A stretch of 64,000 bases of DNA, taken from the sequence record NC_019500.1; one strand, 5' to 3'. Both the position numbers and the translations under genes were made by a program. The notes beneath the pieces are model-generated. The model was not told the DNA's origin, searched no databases, and saw only the letters and a list, made by a program, of their open reading frames with translations. This document shows positions 27,147 to 36,886 of this stretch, one piece after another. This DNA comes from Escherichia phage Bp7. Positions within the stretch are counted from its first letter, which is position 1; the number at the start of each line of letters is the position of its first letter.

Positions 27147-27817
27147 AAGATATAATTATTGACTTCGAAACCTTTGCTACTACCCAAAATGCTGCGGTTA
27201 TCGACCTTGCAGTAATTGCTTACGACCCTAATCCAGAGGTTGTAGAAACGTTTGAAGAGCTTACTCAACGAGGCCTTCGTATTAAATTTGACCTCGCTTC
27301 TCAACGTGATAAACGTCTGTTTTCTAAAAGCACGTTGCAGTGGTGGAAAGAGCAAGGGCCTGAAGCACGTAAAAACCTGGCCCCATCCGAAATTGATGTG
27401 AGCACTTCTATCGGCCTTGGTAATTTCCTGGAATACTGCCGTAAAAACGAAGTGGACCAATGGAAATCACAGATGTGGTGTCGTGGAATGTCATTTGACT
27501 TTCCTATCTTAGTCGACCTTATTCGCGATGCTTATCGTTCTGAAGGTGTTCCTGAGAATGAAATTGATACCAGTAAATTAGAACCGGTTAAATTCTGGAA
27601 CCAACGTGATATCCGTACGGCCATCGAAGCATATTCATTGACTCGCGGATTGAGCATGTGTCCTCTGCCTAACGGAACATTGAGTGGGTTTGTAGCCCAT
27701 GACTCCATCCATGACTGTGCCAAGGATATCTTGATGCTGAAATATGCTCAACGTTATGCCTTGGGCCTGGAAGATGTCCCTGAGAATCCTGACCCGTTAA
27801 GTGTAAAAAATCGATAA
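27143..27817 (+). CDS. dexA: DexA exonuclease A
   Basis: 224 aa; IIDFETFATTQNAAVIDLAVIAYDPNPEVVETF is near-identical to T4 DexA. Confidence 0.85.
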   Translation: MKDIIIDFETFATTQNAAVIDLAVIAYDPNPEVVETFEELTQRGLRIKFDLASQRDKRLFSKSTLQWWKEQGPEARKNLAPSEIDVSTSIGLGNFLEYCRKNEVDQWKSQMWCRGMSFDFPILVDLIRDAYRSEGVPENEIDTSKLEPVKFWNQRDIRTAIEAYSLTRGLSMCPLPNGTLSGFVAHDSIHDCAKDILMLKYAQRYALGLEDVPENPDPLSVKNR

Positions 27818-27821
27818 AAGT

Positions 27822-27850
27822 GTTTACTTCTCCTCATGACATGATATTAT
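27822..27850 (+). promoter_or_regulatory. early promoter embedded in a 9-bp inverted repeat that includes the RBS
   Basis: gtttac, 17 bp, tattat; ctcctcatg (27830-27838) pairs with catgaggag (27863-27871). Confidence 0.45.
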
Positions 27851-27877
27851 CTACCCTATCAACATGAGGAGAACAAA

Positions 27878-28351
27878 ATGAAAATTTATCGAGTGGAGTC
27901 ATCGTTTAGTATCTTAGACAACAGCGATGTTATCACAATCACTCGTCATCAATGTCGCCAATTAACCCCGTATAGAGGCTCATTTGACGAATGGAGTGAA
28001 GGTTGGTTATTGGAAGTAGGTTTCGACAGACCTAATTTTAGACACCATCATACCAATAATAAAAATATTCCATTACCAAGTCAAGACGAATTGTTGGTTA
28101 AAAATTCTAATATGGTAATTAAAACCAAATTCGAACATGAAGATTATAAAGGTGTAGATAACTACATTCCAGGTTGGTTTGTCAATCTCTACCATTTTGC
28201 TTTTGCCAGCGAGTATGATATGATGCGCTGGTTCACTCGTGAAGAGCGTGCTGAATTATCTTCTAAAGGATTTTACCTTGCTGTTACGAAATACCTGAAG
28301 ATGAGTTGTCATTGGTGGCCGCCAAGTAAGGTTCCGCAAATCCCATGCTGA
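27878..28351 (+). CDS. hypothetical protein
   Basis: 157-aa ORF. Confidence 0.35.
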   Translation: MKIYRVESSFSILDNSDVITITRHQCRQLTPYRGSFDEWSEGWLLEVGFDRPNFRHHHTNNKNIPLPSQDELLVKNSNMVIKTKFEHEDYKGVDNYIPGWFVNLYHFAFASEYDMMRWFTREERAELSSKGFYLAVTKYLKMSCHWWPPSKVPQIPC

Positions 28352-28493
28352 ACTCGTAGATTTATGAATGAGAACAATATGAAATTTAATTACAACCCTA
28401 AATACACCCCGAATCCAGCAGCTAAACTGATTGATTTGATGTTTTAAGCACTTATGTATGCCTGTTAAACCACTGGAAATTAAGGAACCTGCT

Positions 28494-28928
28494 ATGAATA
28501 CTCAGACTATCGAAATCGGCAAAACCTACAAACTGGTTGAACGTGAAATTAAAACTAAGGCCTTGATTTCTGGCCATAAAACTCTGACTGAGGTTTTTGG
28601 CGAAGGCGAATTTATTGTTGAAGAATTTACCAAAAGTGACTGGTTTACTAAATCTTACGTCATCCACGGCCGTCGATTAGATAATAACAAAATAGAGAAA
28701 ATCTTGGTTTATGAAGCAGAGTTCATCCTGTTCCAAGAAGTTGAAGTCGAACAAGACCCTACTGACCTGCTGTGTGCTGCTGTGTCTATCCGTCGTCCTT
28801 TTGATAATCCTATCTGTGGATGGGTAACAGACCAATGGGTTGAAGATGGGGTTGAGCTGCTGAACGTTGTACATGCTGGTGATTTTAGTGTAGTACCTCG
28901 TAGTGCAGTGGTTAATGTATTGAATTAA
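28494..28928 (+). CDS. hypothetical protein, paralogue A (shared C-terminal WVEDGVELLNVVHAGDFSVVP module)
   Basis: C-terminus matches that of the 29002 ORF. Confidence 0.35.
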   Translation: MNTQTIEIGKTYKLVEREIKTKALISGHKTLTEVFGEGEFIVEEFTKSDWFTKSYVIHGRRLDNNKIEKILVYEAEFILFQEVEVEQDPTDLLCAAVSIRRPFDNPICGWVTDQWVEDGVELLNVVHAGDFSVVPRSAVVNVLN

Positions 28929-28930
28929 TA

Positions 28931-28959
28931 GTTTACTTTATCGAGGGCCATGTTATAAT
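28931..28959 (+). promoter_or_regulatory. early promoter cassette
   Basis: gtttac, 17 bp, tgtTATAAT flanked by gagggccat / atggctctc. Confidence 0.45.
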
Positions 28960-29001
28960 GGCTCTCATGGAGAATAAACCTTTAACCAAGAGAGAAAAAT
29001 T

Positions 29002-29568
29002 ATGATTACTATTTCCGATATCGGCGGTATTGTTCGTGTATCCAAAAAGTCTCGTTCAAAAGCTGCAGGCTGTTTAGTTGAAGTTGTTAGTATCCAACTT
29101 AAAGAAGGTGTCAGTGTAGAAAATTCTGAAGTAAAAGTGCGTATCATTCCTAAAAATGGTCAAACTGAAACTCAATTCGCTTATGTGCGTGCTAAATTCT
29201 TGGAATCGACTGAATTTACCGGATACATCGCTCCTGTAGTTGAAGAAGTTGAATCCCATGATGGGTATGTATGTGAAAGCAATGATATCCGTGGCGTAGT
29301 AGCTCAAGACGTTGAAACTATTGACCAATCTCATGTTGGTGTTGATTTCAAATGGAAATTAGGTAAAGGTGTCTTTTTCGTTTCACCTAAACCGTTTGAA
29401 TACAATTGCAAGTATGGTCCGACTTATGAAACCACTAGTATGTCCGGTTACATCACAGACCAATGGGTTGAAGAAGGTGTTAAGCTGTATAACATCGTGT
29501 TCCTTGGCACCTTTAAAGTAGTTCCTGAAAGTTTTATTGTTGAGTATGCTGATATTCATTTTGCATAA
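29002..29568 (+). CDS. hypothetical protein, paralogue B (C-terminal WVEEGVKLYNIVFLGTFKVVP)
   Basis: C-terminus matches that of the 28494 ORF. Confidence 0.35.
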   Translation: MITISDIGGIVRVSKKSRSKAAGCLVEVVSIQLKEGVSVENSEVKVRIIPKNGQTETQFAYVRAKFLESTEFTGYIAPVVEEVESHDGYVCESNDIRGVVAQDVETIDQSHVGVDFKWKLGKGVFFVSPKPFEYNCKYGPTYETTSMSGYITDQWVEEGVKLYNIVFLGTFKVVPESFIVEYADIHFA

Positions 29569-29580
29569 AGTTTAAAAACA

Positions 29581-29610
29581 GTATACAACAGGGTAGTAGT
29601 GTGATACTAT
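29581..29610 (+). promoter_or_regulatory. early promoter cassette
   Basis: gtatac, 18 bp, tgaTACTAT flanked by gggtagtag / ctattaccc. Confidence 0.4.
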
Positions 29611-29640
29611 TACCCTATCAACAAATGAGAGGAAAATAAA

Positions 29641-29865
29641 ATGGCTAAAGTTACTGTGAACTCTACTCGTGAAGAATTTGAAGATGTTCTGTTCAACCCT
29701 GATTTAATCGTGGTTCAAAAGGAACATTCTGATACGTTTTCTCATTTATCGTCAGTTTATGTATACGAAAATCAAGGCGATAAAAATCCTATCTATGCAG
29801 TGTTCCGTGAAATCACTGCTGAAGGCACCGACTTCTGGAAGGAAACTTACAATGCCACTTTATGA
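29641..29865 (+). CDS. hypothetical protein
   Basis: 74-aa ORF. Confidence 0.3.
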   Translation: MAKVTVNSTREEFEDVLFNPDLIVVQKEHSDTFSHLSSVYVYENQGDKNPIYAVFREITAEGTDFWKETYNATL

Positions 29866-30028
29866 TTACAAATGCCAATCTGAAGACTGTGCGAAAGAAT
29901 ACGAAAAAATCAAGAAAATCTCTGAAAGAGATAATGATGTTTGCCCTGATTGCCATCGGCTGGCTGTTCGGTTAGTCTCGGCTCCTAAACATGTTAATGG
30001 CGGTTTTTACGACCTGCTGACTAAGTGA
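29852..30028 (+). CDS. FmdB-type zinc-ribbon protein
   Basis: MPLYDYKCQSEDC...CPDCH. Confidence 0.4.
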   Translation: MPLYDYKCQSEDCAKEYEKIKKISERDNDVCPDCHRLAVRLVSAPKHVNGGFYDLLTK

Positions 30029-30034
30029 GAAATT

Positions 30035-30295
30035 ATGAAATATATTAATCGTTCTATTGCAGCTCTCGTATTAGCAGTTTCTTTGGTTGGATGTACTGAT
30101 GCCGATAATGCCACCCGTGTATTGGATGCAAATGGCTACGAACAAATCCAAATCACAGGATACAACCTATTTGGCTGCTCTGAAGATGATTTCCAACGTA
30201 CAGGCTTTATTGCTGTCGGTCCGACGGGTAAAAGGGTTGAAGGAACCGTTTGTTCTGGATTATTCTTTAAAAAGTCGACCATTCGATTTGATTAA
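30035..30295 (+). CDS. lipoprotein (lipobox LVGC)
   Basis: MKYINRSIAALVLAVSLVGCTD. Confidence 0.4.
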   Translation: MKYINRSIAALVLAVSLVGCTDADNATRVLDANGYEQIQITGYNLFGCSEDDFQRTGFIAVGPTGKRVEGTVCSGLFFKKSTIRFD

Positions 30296-30313
30296 GGGCT
30301 TCGGCCCTTTTCT
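30295..30313 (+). terminator. UUCG-tetraloop hairpin with a short U-run
   Basis: aagggcTTCGgccctttt. Confidence 0.45.
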
Positions 30314-30361
30314 TGTTAAGCAAAGTATCCAAATCCTTAAATCTATGTTATAATACATATT

Positions 30362-31042
30362 ATGAAATATATAACATACTTAACAATATATGATGGAACA
30401 AAGCTACCTCCATTTTATATAGGCTCCACTTATTTGGATAAACACCTAGCTGGATATCATGGTTCGGTTACATCCAAAAAGTACGAAGACCTATATAATA
30501 AAGAGCTTGAGGAACACCCTGAATTATTTGATAGCATGATTTTGGGTGAATTTGAAACCAGAGAAGAAGCTACATTTTGTGAGCTTTATTACCAAAAACT
30601 TTATAACGTTGTTAAAAGTAATTTATTTTTCAATATGGCATATGCTACCGTTGACGGATGTTTTGGTATGGATGTTTGTAAAGAAAATAATCCATTTTGG
30701 AACCATAAACATTCTGAAAGTACATTAAAAGCCCAATCTGATGCTAAGATTGGAGAGCTTAATCCTATGTACGGGACTAAACGCCCTGAGCATTCTAAAG
30801 CAATGTCAAAAGAAAATAATCCTTTTTATGATAAGAAACACACCGAAGAAGGATTGGTTAAGTGTGGAATTAAAAATCGTAAAAGTCCGGTATGGGAATA
30901 TGAATCTGCTTTAGAAAAATTATGGTTAGAATTAGATAAACCTAAATTGGCTATGTTTATGCGAGAAAGTATTAAACGCGGTTTTCCTGAAGGTTCATAC
31001 AAAAATATTTTACGACAATTCGAGAGAAGACATAATGATTGA
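30362..31042 (+). CDS. GIY-YIG homing endonuclease (Seg-like) with NUMOD3 repeats
   Basis: FYIGSTYLDKHLAGYHGS; NPFWNHKHSESTLKAQSD, NPMYGTKRPEHSKAMS, NPFYDKKHTEEG. Confidence 0.6.
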   Translation: MKYITYLTIYDGTKLPPFYIGSTYLDKHLAGYHGSVTSKKYEDLYNKELEEHPELFDSMILGEFETREEATFCELYYQKLYNVVKSNLFFNMAYATVDGCFGMDVCKENNPFWNHKHSESTLKAQSDAKIGELNPMYGTKRPEHSKAMSKENNPFYDKKHTEEGLVKCGIKNRKSPVWEYESALEKLWLELDKPKLAMFMRESIKRGFPEGSYKNILRQFERRHND

Positions 31043-32855
31043 TAATAAAATTGAAATGCTTAGTATTAAAGAACACGTTATTAAACGCCCTGGAATGTAC
31101 ATAGGAAGTGTATCATTCGAGGACCATGAACGTTTTCTCTTTGGTGAATTTAAAAAAATTCGTTATGTTGCGGGTGTTCTCAAATTAGTAGATGAAATCA
31201 TTGATAACTCTGTTGATGAAGCCATTCGTACCAATTTTAAATTTGCAAATAAAATCTCAGTTGATATTGATTTAAAAACTAATAAAGTTACTGTAGAAGA
31301 TAATGGTCGTGGCATTCCACAGGCTATGGTTATTACTCCTGAAGGTGAAGAAATCCCAGGACCTGTGGCGGCCTGGACCAAGACTATGGCAGGTGGTAAC
31401 TTTGGCGACGATAAAGAACGAGTCACGGGTGGGCAAAACGGTGTAGGCTCGAGCTTAACAAATATTTTCTCTACATTGTTTACAGGTGTAACTTCAGATG
31501 GCAAAAATGAGCTATCAGTAAATTGTTCTAATAACGCTGATAACGTTTCTTGGAAAACCAAAGCATCTAAAGCCAATGGAACAAAGGTTGAATTTATTCC
31601 AGATTTTACCCACTTCGAAATGTCAGCTTTTGACCAAATCTATTTAGATGTTACTTTAGACCGTTTGCAAACCTTGTCAGTGGTTTATCCCGACATAGAA
31701 TTTAAATTTAACGGTAAAAAGGTTCAAGGCCAGTTTAAAAAATATGCTAAGCAGTTTGATGAAGAAGTTGTAACTCAAGAACAAGAAACATGCTCTATTG
31801 CAATAGGTCGAAGCCCTGACGGATTCCGTCATTTAACTTATGTGAACAATATTCATACTAAAAATGGTGGCCATCACATTGAATGCGTAATGGATGATAT
31901 GTGTGATGAATTGATTCCAGCTATTAAAAAGAAATATAAAATCGAAGTAACTAAGGCTCGCGTTAAAGAATGTCTAACTATGTTGATGTTTGTCCGTGGA
32001 ATGAAAAACCTTCGTTTTGATTCCCAGACTAAAGAGCGTTTGACTAGCCCTTATGGCGAAATCCGTAGTCATATTAAGTTAGATACTAAAAAGTTGGCCA
32101 AAAGCATTCTGAATTCTGAAGCGGTATTGATGCCCATTATCGAAGCTGCTTTAGCACGTAAATTAGCAGCTGAAAAGGCAGCTGAAACTAAAGCCGCTAA
32201 GAAAGCTTCTAAAGCCAAGGTCCATAAGCATATTAAAGCCAACTTATACGGCAAAGATGCTGATACAACCCTGTTCCTAACCGAAGGTGATTCCGCTATG
32301 GGTCCTTTCATTGAAGTCCGTAATAAAGACCTTCAAGGTGGCTATCCATTACGTGGTAAGGTTATGAATACCTGGGGAATGACAGCAACAGATATCATGA
32401 AGAACAAGGAACTATTTGATATCTGTGCAATCACTGGATTGATTATTGGTGAACCTGCAGAGAAAACTAACTATCGTAATATTGCTATTATGACTGATGC
32501 TGATGTGGATGGTACTGGTTCGATTTATCCATCATTGCTAGCCTTCTTTAGCCAATGGCCTGAATTGTTCAAACAAGGCCGAGTACGTTTCTGTAAAACT
32601 CCGGTAATTATTGCCCAGGTCGGTAAAGAACAGGAATGGTTCTATGATGTTCCTAGTTATACCAAAGCTAAGGACTCTCTACCAAAACATTCTATTCGGT
32701 ATATCAAAGGACTAGGTTCTCTTGAGAAAGCTGAATACCGCCGAATGATTCAAGACCCTAAATTTGATGTTGTTCAATTACCTGAAGATTGGAAAGAACA
32801 GTTCGAAATGCTCCTTGGTAATGACCCTCAACTCCGTAAGGCCTGGATGTCGTAA
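31035..32855 (+). CDS. 39: DNA topoisomerase II large subunit, single fused gene equivalent to T4 39 plus 60 (GyrB-like ATPase)
   Basis: 606 aa, continuous; GHKL ATPase and TOPRIM motifs. Confidence 0.9.
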   Translation: MIDNKIEMLSIKEHVIKRPGMYIGSVSFEDHERFLFGEFKKIRYVAGVLKLVDEIIDNSVDEAIRTNFKFANKISVDIDLKTNKVTVEDNGRGIPQAMVITPEGEEIPGPVAAWTKTMAGGNFGDDKERVTGGQNGVGSSLTNIFSTLFTGVTSDGKNELSVNCSNNADNVSWKTKASKANGTKVEFIPDFTHFEMSAFDQIYLDVTLDRLQTLSVVYPDIEFKFNGKKVQGQFKKYAKQFDEEVVTQEQETCSIAIGRSPDGFRHLTYVNNIHTKNGGHHIECVMDDMCDELIPAIKKKYKIEVTKARVKECLTMLMFVRGMKNLRFDSQTKERLTSPYGEIRSHIKLDTKKLAKSILNSEAVLMPIIEAALARKLAAEKAAETKAAKKASKAKVHKHIKANLYGKDADTTLFLTEGDSAMGPFIEVRNKDLQGGYPLRGKVMNTWGMTATDIMKNKELFDICAITGLIIGEPAEKTNYRNIAIMTDADVDGTGSIYPSLLAFFSQWPELFKQGRVRFCKTPVIIAQVGKEQEWFYDVPSYTKAKDSLPKHSIRYIKGLGSLEKAEYRRMIQDPKFDVVQLPEDWKEQFEMLLGNDPQLRKAWMS

Positions 32856-32899
32856 TAAATATGTATGGTACTAATTGGTGCCATACAAAAGGAGACTTT

Positions 32900-33061
32900 A
32901 TGAGAAAGTACTGGGTTACGCTCGTCACAGGTGAATATGGTTATCTCTGGACAGATACACGTCCTCTTTTTGCAGAGTACGTTACTATCACAGTTGAAAC
33001 ATGGGACGGCGAAGTTTACCAAACCCGCGGACAAGTCTATAAGGTCGATTCAAGTAACTAA
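32900..33061 (+). CDS. small hypothetical protein
   Basis: 53-aa ORF after an AGGAG RBS. Confidence 0.3.
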   Translation: MRKYWVTLVTGEYGYLWTDTRPLFAEYVTITVETWDGEVYQTRGQVYKVDSSN

Positions 33062-33063
33062 TA

Positions 33064-33083
33064 AGGGCCTTCGGGCCCTTTTC
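33064..33083 (+). terminator. UUCG-tetraloop hairpin
   Basis: aagggccTTCGggccctttt. Confidence 0.45.
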
Positions 33084-33134
33084 GGGGTTTACAACTGATT
33101 AAAAGTATGATACGATTCTCTAAGAGGTGAGAAT

Positions 33135-33458
33135 ATGATTATGCAAGATAACAGTATAGTGAACACTGACAACCTGGCTCTATCCTTTATGGAAACAGCC
33201 ATTCGTAACTGTAACGACGAAGGAGTAGTGACTACAAGCGGTAAGGGACTTGAATACCTTAAGGCTGTAAAATCTATTGCCTTAAAGATTAAAGATAACC
33301 AGGCGCTCTCTCCTGTTGTCCAGGAAAAGGTTTTAGAGATAATGTATCGCCACAGAGAGCACAAAAGTACAATAGGTTCTATGAGAAGAATTCTGGCTGA
33401 ACTAGGTTCTACCAGAGAATATGTTCAACATGAGGTAGTTAAAAATGACAAACTTTAA
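33135..33458 (+). CDS. hypothetical protein
   Basis: 107-aa ORF. Confidence 0.3.
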   Translation: MIMQDNSIVNTDNLALSFMETAIRNCNDEGVVTTSGKGLEYLKAVKSIALKIKDNQALSPVVQEKVLEIMYRHREHKSTIGSMRRILAELGSTREYVQHEVVKNDKL

Positions 33459-33648
33459 AGTGAATATTGATTTGTTCGATAAAGCCGTCCATAAAGAATT
33501 CCGGTTAATCCAGCGATTTTTTGATATCAATGCGGCTGAGGATTTTAAAGAACGCTTTAAAGAAATCAGATATAAAATACTCAACGACATCGCTACTAAG
33601 GACGAGCTCCTTGAAGTGGCAGACATTTTTAAACGTAACCTGAATTGA
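33445..33648 (+). CDS. hypothetical protein
   Basis: 67-aa ORF. Confidence 0.3.
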   Translation: MTNFKVNIDLFDKAVHKEFRLIQRFFDINAAEDFKERFKEIRYKILNDIATKDELLEVADIFKRNLN

Positions 33649-33655
33649 GAAAAAT

Positions 33656-35866
33656 ATGATTATTGAAACCGAAAAAGAACAAATCATTGGTAATGGTGCT
33701 AAGTCCACAGGCTTTACTATTCAGGCATCGCCTAAGGTCTTTAAAATTTTGTCATCAGACCTTTATAGTAATAAAGTACGTGCCGTAGTTCGTGAACTAA
33801 TTACCAACATGATTGATGCCCATATTCTAAATGGTAATAAAGAACGTTGGAAAGTACAGGTTCCTGGTAAACTGGACCCTCGCTTTGTATGCCGTGACTT
33901 CGGGCCGGGTATGAGTGATTTCCAAATTCGTGGTGATGAAAACGAAACAGGTTTGTATAACTCTTATTTCGCGTCGTCCAAAACCGCTTCTAACGATTTC
34001 ATCGGCGGCTTTGGCCTTGGTTCAAAATCTCCGTTCAGTTATACCGAAACGTTTAATATTACCTCATGGCACAATGGCGAAGTTCGCGGTTATGTAGCAT
34101 ATATGGATGGTGATGGCCCGCAGATTAAACCTACTTTCGTAGAACCTATGCAGCCAGGTGATAAAACAGGTATCGAAATCACGGTTCCTGTTGATGAAGA
34201 AGATTTCCGTAAGTTTGAAACTGAAGTTCGTTATATCATGCGGCCTTTCATTGGTCTTGGTGATGTAGACGGTGTTGAAGTTGATTATTTCCCTGAATTT
34301 GATGATTACTATCCTGTAACCACTACAAATTATGGCAGCTTCGAACGTTCAGGACTTTATGCAGTTTATGGTGGTATTGTTTATCCATTGGATTCCGCCT
34401 ATAATAAAGGCACGTGGATGCGTACTCGCCATGATGTAGTTTATATTAAATTCCCTATGGGTTCACTGGATATTGCTCCTTCTCGTGAAGTGTTGTCTCT
34501 TGATAAACGTACGATGGAAAATATTTCAACCCGTATCGAAGCACTGGATGCAGTGGTCTTTAAAAATGATACGAAGGAATGGGTTGAATCTGATAATCCA
34601 CGCCATGTTTATCGTGACCTTTCTAACCTTGGTTACAGTGCTCGTGACTATCTTACCAAAAAAGGTGGAACTAGCCTGTTTACTACAGAAAAATTGACAT
34701 ATGAGAAATTATACCAGCGTTATACCCTTCAAAACGACCTTATTAATTTAGGTGTGGTTTACGAAATCATTTCAGACCCACGTTTGAAACGAATTAAGTC
34801 AAGTGGTAATACTTCTTCGGTAGCAGGACTTAGTAATTTATTAGGCATTAATAAGAAAGAAATCCATGTTGTTTATGATGATGAAAAGGGTCGTGTGCCA
34901 CTAGTTCGAGGACTTTGGGCTCTAGCAATGGACAACAGTGCTTCGGCTAAGAAAATTGTTAAAGAGAACAATATTCCTAAATACGGAACTGACCTTATTT
35001 TTGTCGACCCAAATTCAATGTTGCAAATGCAACAACTTGAAAAGGTTAAAGAACTTTTTAAAGGTGACACAATTCATTTTTATAAAGTCTCTGAACTGAA
35101 TAAAATTGTTAAGCCATGGATTCCGGTTACTGTCCGTTCATCAGAACCGCGTCCTAAAACACCGAGTGCTTATCGTTGGTTCATTAAAGACGGGCGCTGG
35201 CAACAAGAGACCATGTATTTGACTGCTGCCGAAGCAGAAGAAATTACAGGTTATGTTCTGTTTGGCAGTCGTTCTGATATTATGGGAATGGATGAAGCTT
35301 ATGGTATCTTTGACATCAATACCACTACCATGTGTCGTATGGCTAATTTGATTGGTGCTACCGAATTCCATATCATTCGCCCTCAGATTGCCAAAAAGAT
35401 TAAAAAGTTAGGCCAATGCGAATGCTTGATGGAAGCTACATTAGAAGCTTATGCTGAAGCCTTAGACGCGGTAGATGTTGATGACTACCTTGGTAGCAAT
35501 ACTCGAGCTCGGTATTACCTTGAAATCATTGCTAAGTTCCCTCAGCTTAATTTCATGACCAAGTATTTCAGTGATAAGCCGGTAACTGAAGCATATACTC
35601 GTCTGAGTAATTTCTATGATATATTCCGTTATATGAATTTCCATGGTTATATCACTGATGATAAGCTTTCCGTTATCAAGAAAATTTGTAACAATACTTT
35701 TTTTAAGTTGACTGATAATGCTTCAAGCAACAATGATAAAATGACTGTACAGTTTGAATCTGATTACCATTTAGTTTCGGACTACATGTATCGTCGTGGA
35801 ACATCCATTACCGAGGCTTCTGTAGCTCAAATTGTTAAATTCATGAAAGCCGTGGAAGCGGCTTAA
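33656..35866 (+). CDS. rIIA: rIIA protein
   Basis: 736 aa; MIIETEKEQIIGNGAKSTGFTIQASPKVFKILSSDLYSNKVRAVVRELITNMIDAH resembles T4 rIIA. Confidence 0.9.
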   Translation: MIIETEKEQIIGNGAKSTGFTIQASPKVFKILSSDLYSNKVRAVVRELITNMIDAHILNGNKERWKVQVPGKLDPRFVCRDFGPGMSDFQIRGDENETGLYNSYFASSKTASNDFIGGFGLGSKSPFSYTETFNITSWHNGEVRGYVAYMDGDGPQIKPTFVEPMQPGDKTGIEITVPVDEEDFRKFETEVRYIMRPFIGLGDVDGVEVDYFPEFDDYYPVTTTNYGSFERSGLYAVYGGIVYPLDSAYNKGTWMRTRHDVVYIKFPMGSLDIAPSREVLSLDKRTMENISTRIEALDAVVFKNDTKEWVESDNPRHVYRDLSNLGYSARDYLTKKGGTSLFTTEKLTYEKLYQRYTLQNDLINLGVVYEIISDPRLKRIKSSGNTSSVAGLSNLLGINKKEIHVVYDDEKGRVPLVRGLWALAMDNSASAKKIVKENNIPKYGTDLIFVDPNSMLQMQQLEKVKELFKGDTIHFYKVSELNKIVKPWIPVTVRSSEPRPKTPSAYRWFIKDGRWQQETMYLTAAEAEEITGYVLFGSRSDIMGMDEAYGIFDINTTTMCRMANLIGATEFHIIRPQIAKKIKKLGQCECLMEATLEAYAEALDAVDVDDYLGSNTRARYYLEIIAKFPQLNFMTKYFSDKPVTEAYTRLSNFYDIFRYMNFHGYITDDKLSVIKKICNNTFFKLTDNASSNNDKMTVQFESDYHLVSDYMYRRGTSITEASVAQIVKFMKAVEAA

Positions 35867-35880
35867 TCTAAGGAAATATT

Positions 35881-36849
35881 ATGTACAATATTAAGTGTTT
35901 GACCTCCGCTGAGCAAGTTGAAATCGTTAAGTTATATATTTCTGGTAATTATACTCAGAATGAGTTGGCTGACTGGTACAGTGTATCAGTTGATACAATC
36001 CGTAAAGTCCTGAAAAATGCTAAAGGAGCTGGACAGGCCCAGGTAGTTATTACCGGAAATATCAAAGTAACAGTTCCTAACGAGCCTCGTGAAGTTCCCG
36101 TTGAAGTTACTATTGGCGGCTCTCGCCCTGAAATTATCTGGAACGCGAGTTCTAAATTCGTATCCATCACTGAAGGTCGTACAGTATGGAACACCACTAA
36201 TAAGAACAAACATTTTGATGCCATCGTACAGGCTCTTAAAGAATCTCGTTTCGATGACGCGATTAAACTGATTTCCATTAAAGAAGCCGTTAAGGCCTTT
36301 GTTAAAGGCAACGTTCGTATTGAAGGTGGACGTCTGGTTTACCAAGGCATTGAATTGCGTTCAGGGTTGATTGACCGTATTATCACTTCAATGGAAAACG
36401 GTGAAGACTTCGAATTCTACCTGCCGTTCCTTGAGAACCTGTTAGAAAACCCAAGCGAAAAAGCTGTACAACGTTTGTTCGACTTCTTGGTGGCAAACGA
36501 CATCAAAATTACTGAAGATGGTCACTTTATTACGTGGAAGGTGGTTAACTCCGATTACACCGACTGCCGTACCGGTACGTTTGATAACTCACCAGGCAAA
36601 CCGGTTAAAATGCCTCGTTCTCGTGTAAATGACGATGATGAAGTAACCTGTTCAAGTGGTCTGCACGTTTGCTCTCGTAGTTATATCGGTCATTTTGGTA
36701 ACTCAAGCTGTAAAGTGGTTTCATGTAAAGTTAACCCACGTGATGTTGTTAGTATTCCGGTCGATTACGGTGATGCTAAAATGCGTGTATGTTATTATGA
36801 AGTTCTAGAAGACGTCACCGAACAGTTCGCAAACGAATACAAATACTAA
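35881..36849 (+). CDS. rIIB: rIIB protein
   Basis: 322 aa; MYNIKCLT...EFYLPFLENLLENPSEKAVQRLFDFLVANDI resembles T4 rIIB. Confidence 0.9.
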   Translation: MYNIKCLTSAEQVEIVKLYISGNYTQNELADWYSVSVDTIRKVLKNAKGAGQAQVVITGNIKVTVPNEPREVPVEVTIGGSRPEIIWNASSKFVSITEGRTVWNTTNKNKHFDAIVQALKESRFDDAIKLISIKEAVKAFVKGNVRIEGGRLVYQGIELRSGLIDRIITSMENGEDFEFYLPFLENLLENPSEKAVQRLFDFLVANDIKITEDGHFITWKVVNSDYTDCRTGTFDNSPGKPVKMPRSRVNDDDEVTCSSGLHVCSRSYIGHFGNSSCKVVSCKVNPRDVVSIPVDYGDAKMRVCYYEVLEDVTEQFANEYKY

Positions 36850-36858
36850 ATCAATAAC

Positions 36859-36874
36859 GGAGGCTTCGGCCTCC
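36859..36874 (+). other. UUCG-tetraloop hairpin directly abutting a TAATGAGGAA RBS (no U-run)
   Basis: ggaggcTTCGgcctcc then taatgaggaattATG. Confidence 0.35.
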
Positions 36875-36886
36875 TAATGAGGAATT

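Noticed and set aside
31035-33655. Separate gene 60 with a translational bypass element
   Set aside because: The topoisomerase subunit is a single fused 606-codon ORF; there is no second ORF and no take-off/landing codon pair in an untranslated gap.
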